From positions 51,526 through 115,525 of the forward strand of contig CAVYVZ010000008.1 in NCBI GenBank assembly GCA_963772065.1: a stretch of 64,000 nucleotides of DNA, read 5' to 3'. Shown piece after piece: positions 10,467 to 19,655 of the stretch (positions are counted from its first letter, which is position 1; every line of letters starts with the position of its first letter). The translations under genes were made by a program, and so were the position numbers. The notes under the pieces were generated by a model. It made no database searches, was not told the origin of the DNA, and worked only from the letters and a program-made list of their open reading frames with translations. The DNA comes from an uncultured Acidobacteriota bacterium (GTDB taxonomy: Bacteria > Acidobacteriota > Vicinamibacteria > Vicinamibacterales > UBA2999).

Positions 10467-11290
10467 TAGCGTGCGATCTGCAGAAGGGAGCCTTCTTCGC
10501 CGAGGCGCTCTGCGATGCTGTCGCGCAGCTCGCCGCTCGGGTTCAGGCGCGTGTCGAGGAGGTGACGGGGCATGACATTGCCGAGGGCCTTGAGCATCGA
10601 CTGCTTCACGCCTGGATGCTCTCGCTCGAGGTCGAGGATCAAGCGCTTCACGCGCTGGCGCTGGAGGCTCAGGTCGCCGCACGCCGGGCAGCAGCAACCG
10701 ATGATTGGCAGCTCGCGCTCCTTGGTGTACGCCCGTGCCTCGTCTTCCGTCACGTAGGCGAACGGCCGGATCACGACGTGTTCGCCGGTGTCGGAGACCA
10801 GCCGGGCGGGCATCGCCTTCAGCGCTCCGGCGAAGAACAGGTTGAGGAGCAGCGTTTCGATGAAGTCATCGAGATGGTGGCCGAGCGCAATCTTGGTCGC
10901 GCCAACCTCGTGCGCCAGCCGATAGAGGACGCCGCGCCGCAGCCGCGCGCACAGGGAGCACGGCGTCGCGTTCGCCTCGAGGATGTCGTCCATGACCTCC
11001 CCGATGGTGGTGTGCTCGATCTTCAACTCCCAGCCATGCTCGGCGCACGTCGCCGCGATGAGGTCGTGCTTGTATTCCTTGTAGCCCGAGTCGACGTTGA
11101 CCGACACAATCGTGAAGTCGATTGGCGCCTTCTTCCGTAGGACATCGAGCATCTGGAGGAGCGCCCAGCTGTCCTTCCCTCCGGACAAGCCGACCATCAC
11201 GCGGTCGCCGTCTTCAATCAGGTTGAAGTCGGTGATCGCTTTCGTGGTCTTCTTCGCGATTCTGGCTTCGAGCGCGCTCCGATACGACAT
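10466..11290 (-). CDS. ttcA: tRNA 2-thiocytidine(32) synthetase TtcA
   Basis: PP-loop SGGKDS; [10 protein letters not shown] and CCCPACG Fe-S cysteines. Confidence 0.9.
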   Translation of the reverse strand: MSYRSALEARIAKKTTKAITDFNLIEDGDRVMVGLSGGKDSWALLQMLDVLRKKAPIDFTIVSVNVDSGYKEYKHDLIAATCAEHGWELKIEHTTIGEVMDDILEANATPCSLCARLRRGVLYRLAHEVGATKIALGHHLDDFIETLLLNLFFAGALKAMPARLVSDTGEHVVIRPFAYVTEDEARAYTKERELPIIGCCCPACGDLSLQRQRVKRLILDLEREHPGVKQSMLKALGNVMPRHLLDTRLNPSGELRDSIAERLGEEGSLLQIAR

Positions 11291-11330
11291 TCGCCTTTCA
11301 GTGTAACCTGCCCGCTACCCTGGTTCCGAG

Positions 11331-12080
11331 TTATGCGGTTGCCTCGCGCACTTCGCGTATTTCGTAGAGCGGCTCGGCGGCCGTCTCCTCTTCGAGCGCC
11401 TCGCGCATCAGACGGCGGAGCGTCAGGAGATCGCCGATCACCCGGAACGTGCGGGACAGACCGTACTTCGATCGTCCGTGCTGCCGAGGGCGATGCGTGA
11501 CCTCCAGCTCCGTCACGCGAGGGCCAATCTGACTGGCCAGGGCCGGCAGGTATCGGTGCATGCCGTGGCGCAGCTTCAGCGGCTTCACGACCTCCGCCCG
11601 GAACATTTTGAGCGAGCAGCCGTTGTCGTGGAGCCAGATCCCGGTGACGAGTCCAATCAACCAGTTCGCCACGACGGACGGCACGTGCCGCGTGAGGAAA
11701 TCGTCCTTTCGCTTCCTCCGCCACCCCACGACGACATCGTGCGTGGACGCGAGGCTCAACATGCGGGGAATGTCGTTCGGATCGTTCTGCAGGTCGCCAT
11801 CGCAGGTGACGATGAGGCGTCCGCGCGCGCGGGCAAAGCCGGCCGCGAATGCCGCCGTCTGGCCGAAATTCCGCCGGAACCGGACGACCCGTACGAACGG
11901 GTCGCGGCTCTGAACCTCGACGAGCTTCCCGAACGTTCCGTCGCCGCTGCCATCGTCGACCATGATGATCTCGTAGGCCGCGCCGGTGCGGCGCAGCACC
12001 GACGTGAGCTCCGCGTGCAATGGCTCGACGTTGCGCTCCTCGTCCATGAGGGGAATGACGATGGAGATGTCGGGGATCAC
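11331..12080 (-). CDS. family-2 glycosyltransferase (polyprenyl-phosphate sugar transferase-like)
   Basis: ISIVIPLMDEE, VDDGSGDGT, DGDLQNDP motifs. GTG 12080 forms a GTGA overlap with the upstream stop. Confidence 0.85.
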   Translation of the reverse strand: MIPDISIVIPLMDEERNVEPLHAELTSVLRRTGAAYEIIMVDDGSGDGTFGKLVEVQSRDPFVRVVRFRRNFGQTAAFAAGFARARGRLIVTCDGDLQNDPNDIPRMLSLASTHDVVVGWRRKRKDDFLTRHVPSVVANWLIGLVTGIWLHDNGCSLKMFRAEVVKPLKLRHGMHRYLPALASQIGPRVTELEVTHRPRQHGRSKYGLSRTFRVIGDLLTLRRLMREALEEETAAEPLYEIREVREATA

Positions 12081-12670
12081 GGCTTTGAATTGTAGCGATT
12101 CCAGCCCCACCAGCCGAGTGCGCCGAGCGCCAGGAGCGCCGCGAGCGCGATCGCCACGACGCGGCCCTTCGTACGCATCAGCTCGAGCGCGACATCGCCA
12201 AAGTAGATGGCCAGAACGCCGAGGGCGAGGTATCGCGCGCCCCGAGCCGCCGCGATGGCAATTACGAACTGGAGCGGGCGCACGCCGGCGACGCCGGCCA
12301 GCAGCACGAAGAGCTTGAAGGGGGCGGGCGGCGGCAGAATCGCCGGGATCATGAGCGCCATCAGACCGTGACGCTTATAGAGCGCCAGCGCCCGCTCGAC
12401 GCTTTTTGCGGGGGCGCGTCTGCTGAGGAACGCCTCGCCGCCTTTCTCCGCCAGGTAGTAGATCGCGTAGCAGCCGGCGATCGAGCCGAGCGTCGCCATC
12501 AGCGCGTAGTACGGCATCCAGGCCTTGTGCTTGGTCACCATCAGCACCACGAGGATGTCGTTGATCTGGGGAAGCGAGATGAACGAGGAGTCGAGGAAGG
12601 CAATTGCGAGGAGGCCCGGGCCGCCGAGGCCCACGGCGAACCCATAGATCCAGCTGATGAACGATTTCAC
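12077..12670 (-). CDS. DedA/YqaA (SNARE-associated) family membrane protein
   Basis: GTG 12670 gives VKSFISWIYGF...FLDSSFISLP..., 4-5 TM helices. Remainder of the 374-aa track ORF is noise. Confidence 0.7.
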   Translation of the reverse strand: MKSFISWIYGFAVGLGGPGLLAIAFLDSSFISLPQINDILVVLMVTKHKAWMPYYALMATLGSIAGCYAIYYLAEKGGEAFLSRRAPAKSVERALALYKRHGLMALMIPAILPPPAPFKLFVLLAGVAGVRPLQFVIAIAAARGARYLALGVLAIYFGDVALELMRTKGRVVAIALAALLALGALGWWGWNRYNSKP

Positions 12671-12718
12671 CTGATGTATGTTGGATCGGCCGTGATTATA
12701 TCCGACCCTCACCGGCAG

Positions 12719-14350
12719 GTGTCGCGTCTGCTTGCCGTGATGGCCGGTGTGGCCGGCATCGCAGCGTGGACGATGCACGCCCAGCGCGGGCTCGTTCTCA
12801 GTCACTACGACGCGAAGGCGCATCTCGTCGTCGCCCGCCGCGTCTTCGACAATCTCACGCCCGGCTGGCAGCAGATCGGCGCGGTGTGGCTGCCGCTGCC
12901 GCACCTGCTCAACATGGTGCCTACTCAGGTCGACTGGTTCTACCAGACTGGAATCGCCGCGTCCGCGCTCTCGATCCTGAGCTTCTGCATCTGCGCGTGG
13001 GCGACCGCTCGATTGGTCCTTGCGGTGACCGGGTCGGTAGCGGGCGCAGCCGCCTCGGCTGCCGTGCTCGCCCTCAATCCGAACGTCCTCTACCTCCAGG
13101 CCACGCCGATGACGGAGCCGCTGCTCCTCGCCTTGTCGTCGCTGGCAGTGCTGTGGCTGTTCGAGTGGGCGCAGACGGATCGAGACGACGTACCGCGGCA
13201 TCTCGGCCTGGCGCTCGCGGCGCTCGCCTGGACACGCTATGAAGGATGGGCCGTGATTGGCGCTGCCCTCGCTGCTGCGGCGTTCGCGACATGGCGGCGT
13301 GGCGCGTCAGCGCGCGTCGTGGCGATGCGCACGATGCGCCTCGCGTTATGGCCGGGTGTGGCCGTCATCGTGTTTCTGATCAACAGCCGGATCACTGTGG
13401 GCGCCTGGTTCGTGTCGGGCGGCTTTTACGTTCCCGATCCCACGTATCAAGGCAGGCTCGGGCGTTCGTTCGTGGCGATCTGGTGGGGCACGCACCAGTT
13501 GAGCGGCTATGTGATCGAGATCGTCGGGCTGGCCACGGCCGTCGTGCTGATCGCGCGCACGTTCGCCCGGCGGCAGGACGCGGCGCTGCTCCTGCCGACG
13601 GCGCTTCTTGCCGCCGCGGCGCTCCCGTTCTATGCGTTCTTCGAAGGCCACCCATATCGGATCCGCTACATGATGCCCGTCGTCGGCGCGTGCGCCGCAC
13701 TCGCCGGAATCGGCGTCGGGATGTTCGGGCGCAAGGCCGCCGCCCTGGGCTGGGTGCTCGCGATTGGGCTCGTGGCTGCGACCGTCATCGAATCACCGCC
13801 GTGGTCGCGTGACGCCCCGCTTCTGCTGGAGGCGCAGTGGGACCGCCCGAACAGCGCCGCCCGCCGCCGCGTGAGCGCCTGCCTCGCCGGCGAGTACCAG
13901 GGCGAAAAGATCCTCGCGAGCATGGGGTCGCTTGCGCACTACATGCAGGAGCTCTCGCATGAGGGCCTCGACATTTCTGATTTCGTCAACGAAGGGAACG
14001 GCGTGATCTGGGAGATGGCGCTCGAGACGGGGCCGGCGCCGCACGCGGGCTGGATGCTGGTGGAGGAGCAGGCGGAAGGCGGCGACGTTCTCGCGCAACT
14101 CATCCGCCAGCGCCCAAACTTTCTGGACGGCATGACGCGCACCTGTGACGGCGGTGGAGTCACTCTCTATCGTAAGGCAAAAGGCAAAAGGCAAAAGGTA
14201 AAAGGTAAAAGGCAAATGATGATTCCTACGAGTTGCATCGAAGCGAGCGTGCTGCTTCGAAGGCACTCGCGTGAATCACAATTTACCTTTTACCTTTTAC
14301 CTTTTGCCTTGTATCAACGTCCGAATCGCATACCGATGGTGAACGAGTAA
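12719..14350 (+). CDS. GT-C fold (ArnT/PMT-like) membrane glycosyltransferase; C-terminus encoded by repeat element
   Basis: About 10 TM helices then a soluble C-domain. Start GTG 12719 or ATG 12740/12674 (uncertain). No stop before the 14174-14310 element, so the ORF reads through it (KAKGKRQKVKGKRQ...FTFYLLPFAL) and ends inside the convergent gene. Confidence 0.6.
   Translation: MSRLLAVMAGVAGIAAWTMHAQRGLVLSHYDAKAHLVVARRVFDNLTPGWQQIGAVWLPLPHLLNMVPTQVDWFYQTGIAASALSILSFCICAWATARLVLAVTGSVAGAAASAAVLALNPNVLYLQATPMTEPLLLALSSLAVLWLFEWAQTDRDDVPRHLGLALAALAWTRYEGWAVIGAALAAAAFATWRRGASARVVAMRTMRLALWPGVAVIVFLINSRITVGAWFVSGGFYVPDPTYQGRLGRSFVAIWWGTHQLSGYVIEIVGLATAVVLIARTFARRQDAALLLPTALLAAAALPFYAFFEGHPYRIRYMMPVVGACAALAGIGVGMFGRKAAALGWVLAIGLVAATVIESPPWSRDAPLLLEAQWDRPNSAARRRVSACLAGEYQGEKILASMGSLAHYMQELSHEGLDISDFVNEGNGVIWEMALETGPAPHAGWMLVEEQAEGGDVLAQLIRQRPNFLDGMTRTCDGGGVTLYRKAKGKRQKVKGKRQMMIPTSCIEASVLLRRHSRESQFTFYLLPFALYQRPNRIPMVNE
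14174..14310. repeat. word-repeat hairpin element E1 (AAAAGGY heptamers / complement)
   Basis: Left arm 14174-14216 = 6x AAAAGG(C/T). Right arm 14282-14310 = 4x complement. Centre contains a nested hairpin CGAGT..TCGAAGC..GCTTCGA..ACTCG (14229-14269). Confidence 0.85.
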
Positions 14351-15012
14351 GTCCAGCCACCGAGATCGATCTTCGGACCGAGGAACTCCTCGGGAAGGTC
14401 TGCCTCCGCCGAGTGATACCGCACTTCTCCGCCAACGGAGTACGAGTCCGCCGCGAAGCGAATCCCGCCGAACGCGATCGGGCCTGTCGCGTTGCCGTCG
14501 GCGACATAGCGCTCGCGGAAGATGCTGTCGTCCCGGAAATCGACGAACTCACCGTCTTCGCTGTACCGCCAGTTGAAGATGCCGAGCCCCGCGCCGAAGT
14601 AGGGCTGAACGCTGTTTGACTGGCCGAGCGGCAGCACGCGCACCGTGAAGCTGACGGGCACGAGGCGCAGCCGGAGATCCTGATCGATCTCCGTACCGTC
14701 GTCATCGACGAAATCTTCGTAGACCGTGGGCACCGTGCGCCGATAGAAGCCGATGCCCGCACCAGCCTCGAAGTGCTGTCCGATTGGAATCAGCCATTCA
14801 CCGCTGACCGAGCCGCCGGTGAAGTCGCCCATCTCGAACACGAGGAAATCGCGATTCTCGACGAGCGTGTCGCCCGAGACGCGCGCGTCGAATCCGCGCG
14901 GCGAGAAACCGCCGAGCGTGAAGTTCAGTGTCTGTTGGGCCGCGACCGGGGCTGGTATGGCCGCGACGCACGCACCGGCGAGCAGCAATGAGGACGCAAG
15001 ACGTGTCACCAT
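14314..15012 (-). CDS. outer-membrane beta-barrel protein (OmpW/porin-like)
   Basis: Signal peptide ...AAIPAPVAAQQ, alternating strands, C-terminal FTIGMRFGR. Confidence 0.7.
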   Translation of the reverse strand: MVTRLASSLLLAGACVAAIPAPVAAQQTLNFTLGGFSPRGFDARVSGDTLVENRDFLVFEMGDFTGGSVSGEWLIPIGQHFEAGAGIGFYRRTVPTVYEDFVDDDGTEIDQDLRLRLVPVSFTVRVLPLGQSNSVQPYFGAGLGIFNWRYSEDGEFVDFRDDSIFRERYVADGNATGPIAFGGIRFAADSYSVGGEVRYHSAEADLPEEFLGPKIDLGGWTYSFTIGMRFGR

Positions 15013-15094
15013 GCCGCCCCAGAGAGCACGGCGTATGCCAGCGGCTCAGGTGAAAACACGCATGTTCCGAGGAGTGGCCTGTCGCTCCCGAAGG

Positions 15095-15865
15095 TCAGTC
15101 CGTCCTGTTTCGAGAACGAAACTCTCGGACTACGCCGAGCATCTGCGCGTGCAGCTGATCGTTGGCGGCGATCAGGTGCCCGGCCGCCGCGTCGAACGGC
15201 GCGCCATCGATGCCGGTGATGCGTCCGCCCGCCTCCTCGATGAGGAGCGCGCCCGCCGACACGTCCCACGGCTTCAGATGCTGCTCCCAGAATCCGTCGA
15301 AGCGTCCCGCGGCGACGTAGCACATATCGATGGCGGCCGAACCCAGGCGCCGCACCGCACGCGCACGCGCGAGGAACTCGCCGAAGAGGGCGACGAGCTC
15401 GGTGGAGTTCCTGTGCACGTCATAGGGAAACCCCGTCACGAGCAGGGCGTCGAGCAGCTGGTCGGTCGGCGATACGCGCAGCGGAGTCCCGTTCATCCGC
15501 GCGCCCTCGCCCCGCTCGGCCGTGAACAGCTCCTTCCGAGTTGGATCGTAGATGGCGCCCACGACCGCCCGGCCGTCCGCCTCGAGCGCGAGCGACGAGC
15601 AGAAGATCGGAAGACCGTGCGCGTAGTTCGTCGTGCCATCGAGCGGATCGAAGACCCACCGGAATGGCGACGGCGTCCGCGCGCTGCTCGTGGCGCCGAG
15701 CTCCTCGGCAAGAATATCGTGCGTCGGAAAGCGCTCGGCGAGCACGGCCCGGCACATCCGCTCGCACTCGAGGTCCACCTCGGTGACGAGATCGATCGCG
15801 CCTTTCTTGTCGATGCGGAAGCCGGTGGCGCGCCGCTCCATCTGGATGGCGCCAGCCTTCAGCAC
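15095..15865 (-). CDS. inositol monophosphatase family protein (SuhB-like)
   Basis: DLVTEVD, WVFDPLDGTTNY, WDVSAGALL motifs. First canonical start (GTG 15865) truncates the conserved N-terminal helix (upstream in-frame DPLFLATATEI); possible CTG 15904 start or undetected indel. Confidence 0.8.
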   Translation of the reverse strand: MLKAGAIQMERRATGFRIDKKGAIDLVTEVDLECERMCRAVLAERFPTHDILAEELGATSSARTPSPFRWVFDPLDGTTNYAHGLPIFCSSLALEADGRAVVGAIYDPTRKELFTAERGEGARMNGTPLRVSPTDQLLDALLVTGFPYDVHRNSTELVALFGEFLARARAVRRLGSAAIDMCYVAAGRFDGFWEQHLKPWDVSAGALLIEEAGGRITGIDGAPFDAAAGHLIAANDQLHAQMLGVVREFRSRNRTD

Positions 15866-15896
15866 GATCTCGGTCGCTGTGGCGAGGAAGAGGGGA

Positions 15897-16355
15897 TCAG
15901 TCAGTGGCCTGGGATTCCGATGAGTGCGCCGCGACCCGCTTGATCATCACCATCTCCATGCCGCCTTCGGGCGCGCGCTGCAGCCGCATCTCGTCCATGA
16001 AATTGCGGATCAGGAAGATGCCCCGCCCGCTCGACTTCAGCATGTTCTCGGGCGCGAGCGGATCGGGCAGCGTGGCGGGGTCGAAGCCGGGTCCCTGGTC
16101 GCGGACCCGGATCGCGATGCCGGGCCCTTCGTGCGCCAGCGGCGTGAACTCCACGAAGACGCGCTTGTGCTCGTCGTTCGCATTGCCATGCTTGATGGCG
16201 TTGATCACCGACTCGCGCACCGCGACGCCCACCCAATGGAGCGAATCGTCATCCAGGCCCGCCATCCGCCCGACGTGGTCGCTGACCACCTGAACGAAAT
16301 CGAGCATGTCGAACGCGCTTCGAAAATCGAGGCGGACCGTGGTCCCGTTGGTCAT
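15897..16355 (-). CDS. anti-sigma regulatory factor, RsbW/SpoIIAB-like Ser/Thr kinase (HATPase_c_2)
   Basis: ESVINAIKHGN (N-box), DQGPGFD (G1), SGRGIFLI (G2). Confidence 0.8.
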   Translation of the reverse strand: MTNGTTVRLDFRSAFDMLDFVQVVSDHVGRMAGLDDDSLHWVGVAVRESVINAIKHGNANDEHKRVFVEFTPLAHEGPGIAIRVRDQGPGFDPATLPDPLAPENMLKSSGRGIFLIRNFMDEMRLQRAPEGGMEMVMIKRVAAHSSESQATD

Positions 16356-16444
16356 CGGGTGGCCCGATTATACGGAGTGCCGTGTGTTGGGCGCAAAGTC
16401 CTGAGTGCGCACTGGTGCACGTCGAGGCTGTTATAGTCTCGGAT

Positions 16445-17753
16445 ATGTCTTCGACCGGCGCCGTGACGGTCTACCCGACCGCTCGCGTGCGCGGCCGTGT
16501 CCGCCTGCCGGGCGACAAGTCGATCTCGCATCGCTACGCCATCCTCGCCGCCATTGCCGACGGGCCGTCGATTATCCACGGCTTCTCCACCGGCGCGGAC
16601 TGTGCGTCGACGGTAACGTGCCTTCGATCCCTCGGCGTCGCCATCGATGATGCGGGCCGCGACTCGGAGCGCGGGCCTACCCTGCACATCGCGGGGCGCG
16701 GCCTCGGCGGCCTGCGGGCCCCTGCCACGGTGCTCGACGCCGGCAACTCCGGCAGCACCATGCGGATGCTCGCGGGCCTCCTCGCGGCGCACCCCTTCGA
16801 TTCGACCCTCGACGGCGATAACTCGCTCCGCCGGCGGCCGATGCGCCGGGTGATCGCGCCGCTCGAGGGCATGGGCGCCCGTATCACGGCCACCGACAAT
16901 CGGCCGCCGATCACGGGTACATGGGACTGCGGCGATTCGACCCATTGATTTCGCGCCCGAGGTTCCGAGCGCGCAGGTGAAGAGCGCGGTCCTCCTGGCC
17001 GGCCTGCAGACAGATGGCATCACACGCGTGCGCGAACGTGTCTCTACCCGTGATCATACGGAGCGCGCGCTCGAGGCGTTCGGCGCCCGCGTCGATCGCC
17101 AGGGGGATGCCGTCGCGCTCGCGGGGCGGCAGCGCCTGTCCGGCCGCATGCTCGATGTACCCGGCGACATTTCGTCGGCGGCCTTCTGGCTCTCCGCCGC
17201 GGCCGCGCTGCCGGGGTCGGACGTCGTGCTCGCCCATGTCGGCCTGAACCCGACGAGAACCTCCATGCTGGACGTCCTGCGCCGCATGGGGGCTCAGATT
17301 GACGCCGAGATCGACCACGAGCAGGCGCACGAACCCGTGGGGACGATCCGTGTGCGGCATCGAACCGTCGAACCCGCCGTGATTGTCCCGTCCGAAGTGC
17401 CAGGTATTATCGACGAGCTTCCCGTCCTCGCCGCGCTGGCCACGCACGGAGGCGACCTGGCGGTCAGTGGCGCGGAGGAGCTGCGCGTGAAAGAGAGCGA
17501 CAGGATATCGGCCCTCGCCGCGGGGCTGCGGGCGCTCGGAGGCACGATCGACGAGCGGCACGACGGGTTCCACGTCCGCGGCGACACGCGGCTCACCGGC
17601 GGCGAGGCGGATGCGAACGGCGACCACCGCCTGGCGATGGCCTTCGCGATTGCGGCCCTGGGCGCCAGCGGTCCGACCACCATCCACGGAGCGGCCGCCG
17701 CCACGGTGTCCTATCCAGAATTCTTCGACGTGCTGGAGTCGCTGCGTGGGTGA
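16445..17753 (+). CDS. aroA: 3-phosphoshikimate 1-carboxyvinyltransferase, interrupted by an apparent +1 frameshift
   Basis: LPGDKSISHRY, GNSGSTMR, then second-frame RPIDFAPEVPSAQVKSAVLLAGL... Removing one G from GGG 16915-16917 restores PPITVHGTAAIRPIDF. Confidence 0.85.
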
Positions 17754-17765
17754 CGCACGAAGCGG

Positions 17766-18269
17766 ATGAGGACCGACAAGCTGTATCTCGTCGGCTTCAT
17801 GGGCGCGGGCAAGACCACGGTGGCGCGGGCGCTCGGCAAGCGGATCGGCTGGCGTGTCGAGGATGTGGACGAACGGATCGAGACGCGCGAGCGCCGCACG
17901 GTCGCCGCGATCTTCGCTCAGGAGGGCGAGTCGCGCTTCCGGCAGGTCGAGCGTGACGTGATCAGAGAGCTGTTGCCGATGCGGGACACGATCGTGGCGG
18001 CGGGCGGCGGCACTTTTGCGGAGGCGGACAACCGCTCCGCGATGCTGGCCGACGGAGCGGTGGCGTGGCTCGATGTGCCGTTCGAGCGTCTCGTCGATCG
18101 CGTTCCGCCGGACGGCCGACGTCCGCTGGCGTCGGATCGTTCGCAGATGGAGCAGCTGTACGAGCGACGGCAGCTCGCGTACAGGCAGGCGCACCTTCGC
18201 GTCGACGCGGTACAACCGGTCGACGAGATCGTCGAGCGCCTGCTCGAATGGATTGGGTACCAGCGTCCG
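17766..18269 (+). CDS. aroK: shikimate kinase (as sequenced, continuous with the downstream phosphoesterase ORF)
   Basis: Walker A GFMGAGKTT, full AroK length up to LLEWIG. No stop before ATG 18270 in this frame. Confidence 0.8.
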
Positions 18270-19013
18270 ATGCGCTACCTCGTTCTGAGTGACATTCACG
18301 CCAACCTGGAGGCGCTCGACGCAGCCATGGCGGCCAGCGCCGGCGCACAATGCGACCGCGTCCTGCTGCTTGGCGATCTCGTCGGCTATGGCGCCGACCC
18401 GAACGCCGTCGTCGATCGGGTTCGCGCGATGGCCGACGTCGTCGTCATCCGCGGCAATCACGACAAGGTTGCCGCGGGTGTGGAGTCCGTGGAGGGCTTC
18501 AACCATATGGCGCGGCTTGCGATCGCGTGGACCGCGAACGCCCTCACCGAGGACAACCGCGCGTACCTCGCCGGGCTCCCCTCGGGGCCCATCGACGTCG
18601 ATCCGATGATCGAGATCTGCCACGGTACGCCGTTCGACGAAGACGTATACATCTTCGACGACCTCGACGCGTTACGGTCGATTCGCACGAGCCACCGGCC
18701 GCTTTGTCTGTACGGGCACACACACGTGCCGGCGGCCTTTCAGCTGCATGGCGATCAGCTACAGCTCATTGGTCCGCCCCGCGGCGAACGCTTCCGCCTG
18801 TCGATCGACGAGGATGGGCGGTATCTCGTCAACTGCGGCTCGGTCGGCCAGCCGCGTGACGGCGACCCGCGGGCGGCGTATGCGCTCGTCGACACCGACG
18901 CCCGCACGCTCACCGTCTTTCGGGTCGTCTACGACGTCGCCACTGCGCAAAACAAGATTCTTGCAGCGGGACTCCCCGAGGTCCTCGCCCAGCGTTTGGG
19001 TATGGGACGCTGA
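18270..19013 (+). CDS. metallophosphoesterase (YfcE/MPP_superfamily), own ATG in frame with aroK
   Basis: MRYLVLSDIHAN, LLGDLVGYG, RGNHD, GHTH motifs. Confidence 0.8.
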   Translation: MRYLVLSDIHANLEALDAAMAASAGAQCDRVLLLGDLVGYGADPNAVVDRVRAMADVVVIRGNHDKVAAGVESVEGFNHMARLAIAWTANALTEDNRAYLAGLPSGPIDVDPMIEICHGTPFDEDVYIFDDLDALRSIRTSHRPLCLYGHTHVPAAFQLHGDQLQLIGPPRGERFRLSIDEDGRYLVNCGSVGQPRDGDPRAAYALVDTDARTLTVFRVVYDVATAQNKILAAGLPEVLAQRLGMGR

Positions 19014-19071
19014 GCTCACGCGGCGTGTCCGCTTCGCTCGTTGATTCTCGTGACAATCCTTGTCACGTACG

Positions 19072-19162
19072 GGCCACGAAGAACACGAAGGTCACGAAGC
19101 ACACGAAGCGCGTCTTGAATTTGATGATCTTCGTGTCTTCGTGATCTTCGTGGCCTTCGTGG
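19072..19162. repeat. word-repeat hairpin element E2 (NNCACGAAG x4 / CTTCGTGNN x4)
   Basis: Left arm 19072-19108, loop 19109-19128, right arm 19129-19162. Cores pair, dinucleotide spacers do not. Lies between convergent gene ends. Confidence 0.85.
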
Positions 19163-19201
19163 TTGCTTTCGACCAGCGCGGCCATGAGAGTCATCGGAGT
19201 C

Positions 19202-19372
19202 TCAAGAATCTTCTCGAGACGTGGAAGTGGAAGACTGAGAATTTCGTCGAGACTGATCCCGCCGAGTCTGGACCGCGTACGCATCAGCCGCGGCGCGCGA
19301 GCCGAGGATCCACCCGATGACGATCCCGAGCAGCAGGATCGATGGGATGTAGATGAAGTGCGCGGCGGTCAT
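19202..19372 (-). CDS. small single-TM membrane protein (56 aa), last gene of the ccm run
   Basis: ATG 19372, 7 nt after the upstream stop; TM FIYIPSILLLGIVIGWILG. Function unknown. Confidence 0.4.
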   Translation of the reverse strand: MTAAHFIYIPSILLLGIVIGWILGSRAAADAYAVQTRRDQSRRNSQSSTSTSREDS

Positions 19373-19379
19373 GGCGCGA

Positions 19380-19655
19380 TCAGCGGCTTCGTTTCGTCTC
19401 TGTTTCCAGGCGCTCGATCTCGCGCTGAACGTGGTCCAGCCGGCGCGCGATCGAGAGGACGTAGCCGCCGAGCGCCAGCCACGCAAACGCGTAGGCGCCG
19501 ATGACGAGCGGCTGCGCGGGCAGCTGTTCCTCCGGCGGCAGCTCGGAGATCGGCACGAACTCGTCCTGCCGTTCGGGTTTCGGCTGCTGGGCGTTCGAGG
19601 CCGTCGTGAGGGCGGCGGCGAGCAGCAGGGCGATCAGCACGCGGCGTAGGCTCAT
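19380..19655 (-). CDS. CcmD-like small membrane protein
   Basis: ATGA overlap with ccmC stop; PLVIGAYAFAWLALGGYVLSIARRL helix followed by a charged tail. Position after ccmC. Confidence 0.5.
   Translation of the reverse strand: MSLRRVLIALLLAAALTTASNAQQPKPERQDEFVPISELPPEEQLPAQPLVIGAYAFAWLALGGYVLSIARRLDHVQREIERLETETKRSR

Noticed and set aside
12368-12718. N-terminal 117 aa of the 660-aa track ORF for the GT-C glycosyltransferase
   Set aside because: This part is antisense to the DedA-family gene and has no TM or signal features. An internal GTG/ATG start at 12719-12740 gives a normal first TM helix.
14174-14310. Tandem/inverted short repeats here and at 19072, 22856, 52198 and 60040 as CRISPR arrays
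   Set aside because: Units are 7-11 nt and contiguous, with no 25-40-nt unique spacers, no leader and no cas genes.
16406-16419. TGCGCACTGGTGCA between the rsbW-like gene and aroA fits the Fibrobacter-type LexA box pattern TGCNC-N4-GTGCA
   Set aside because: It is a single occurrence next to non-SOS genes. The recA upstream region (34700-34900) lacks this or a GTTC-N7-GTTC motif, so a chance GC-rich palindrome is more likely.
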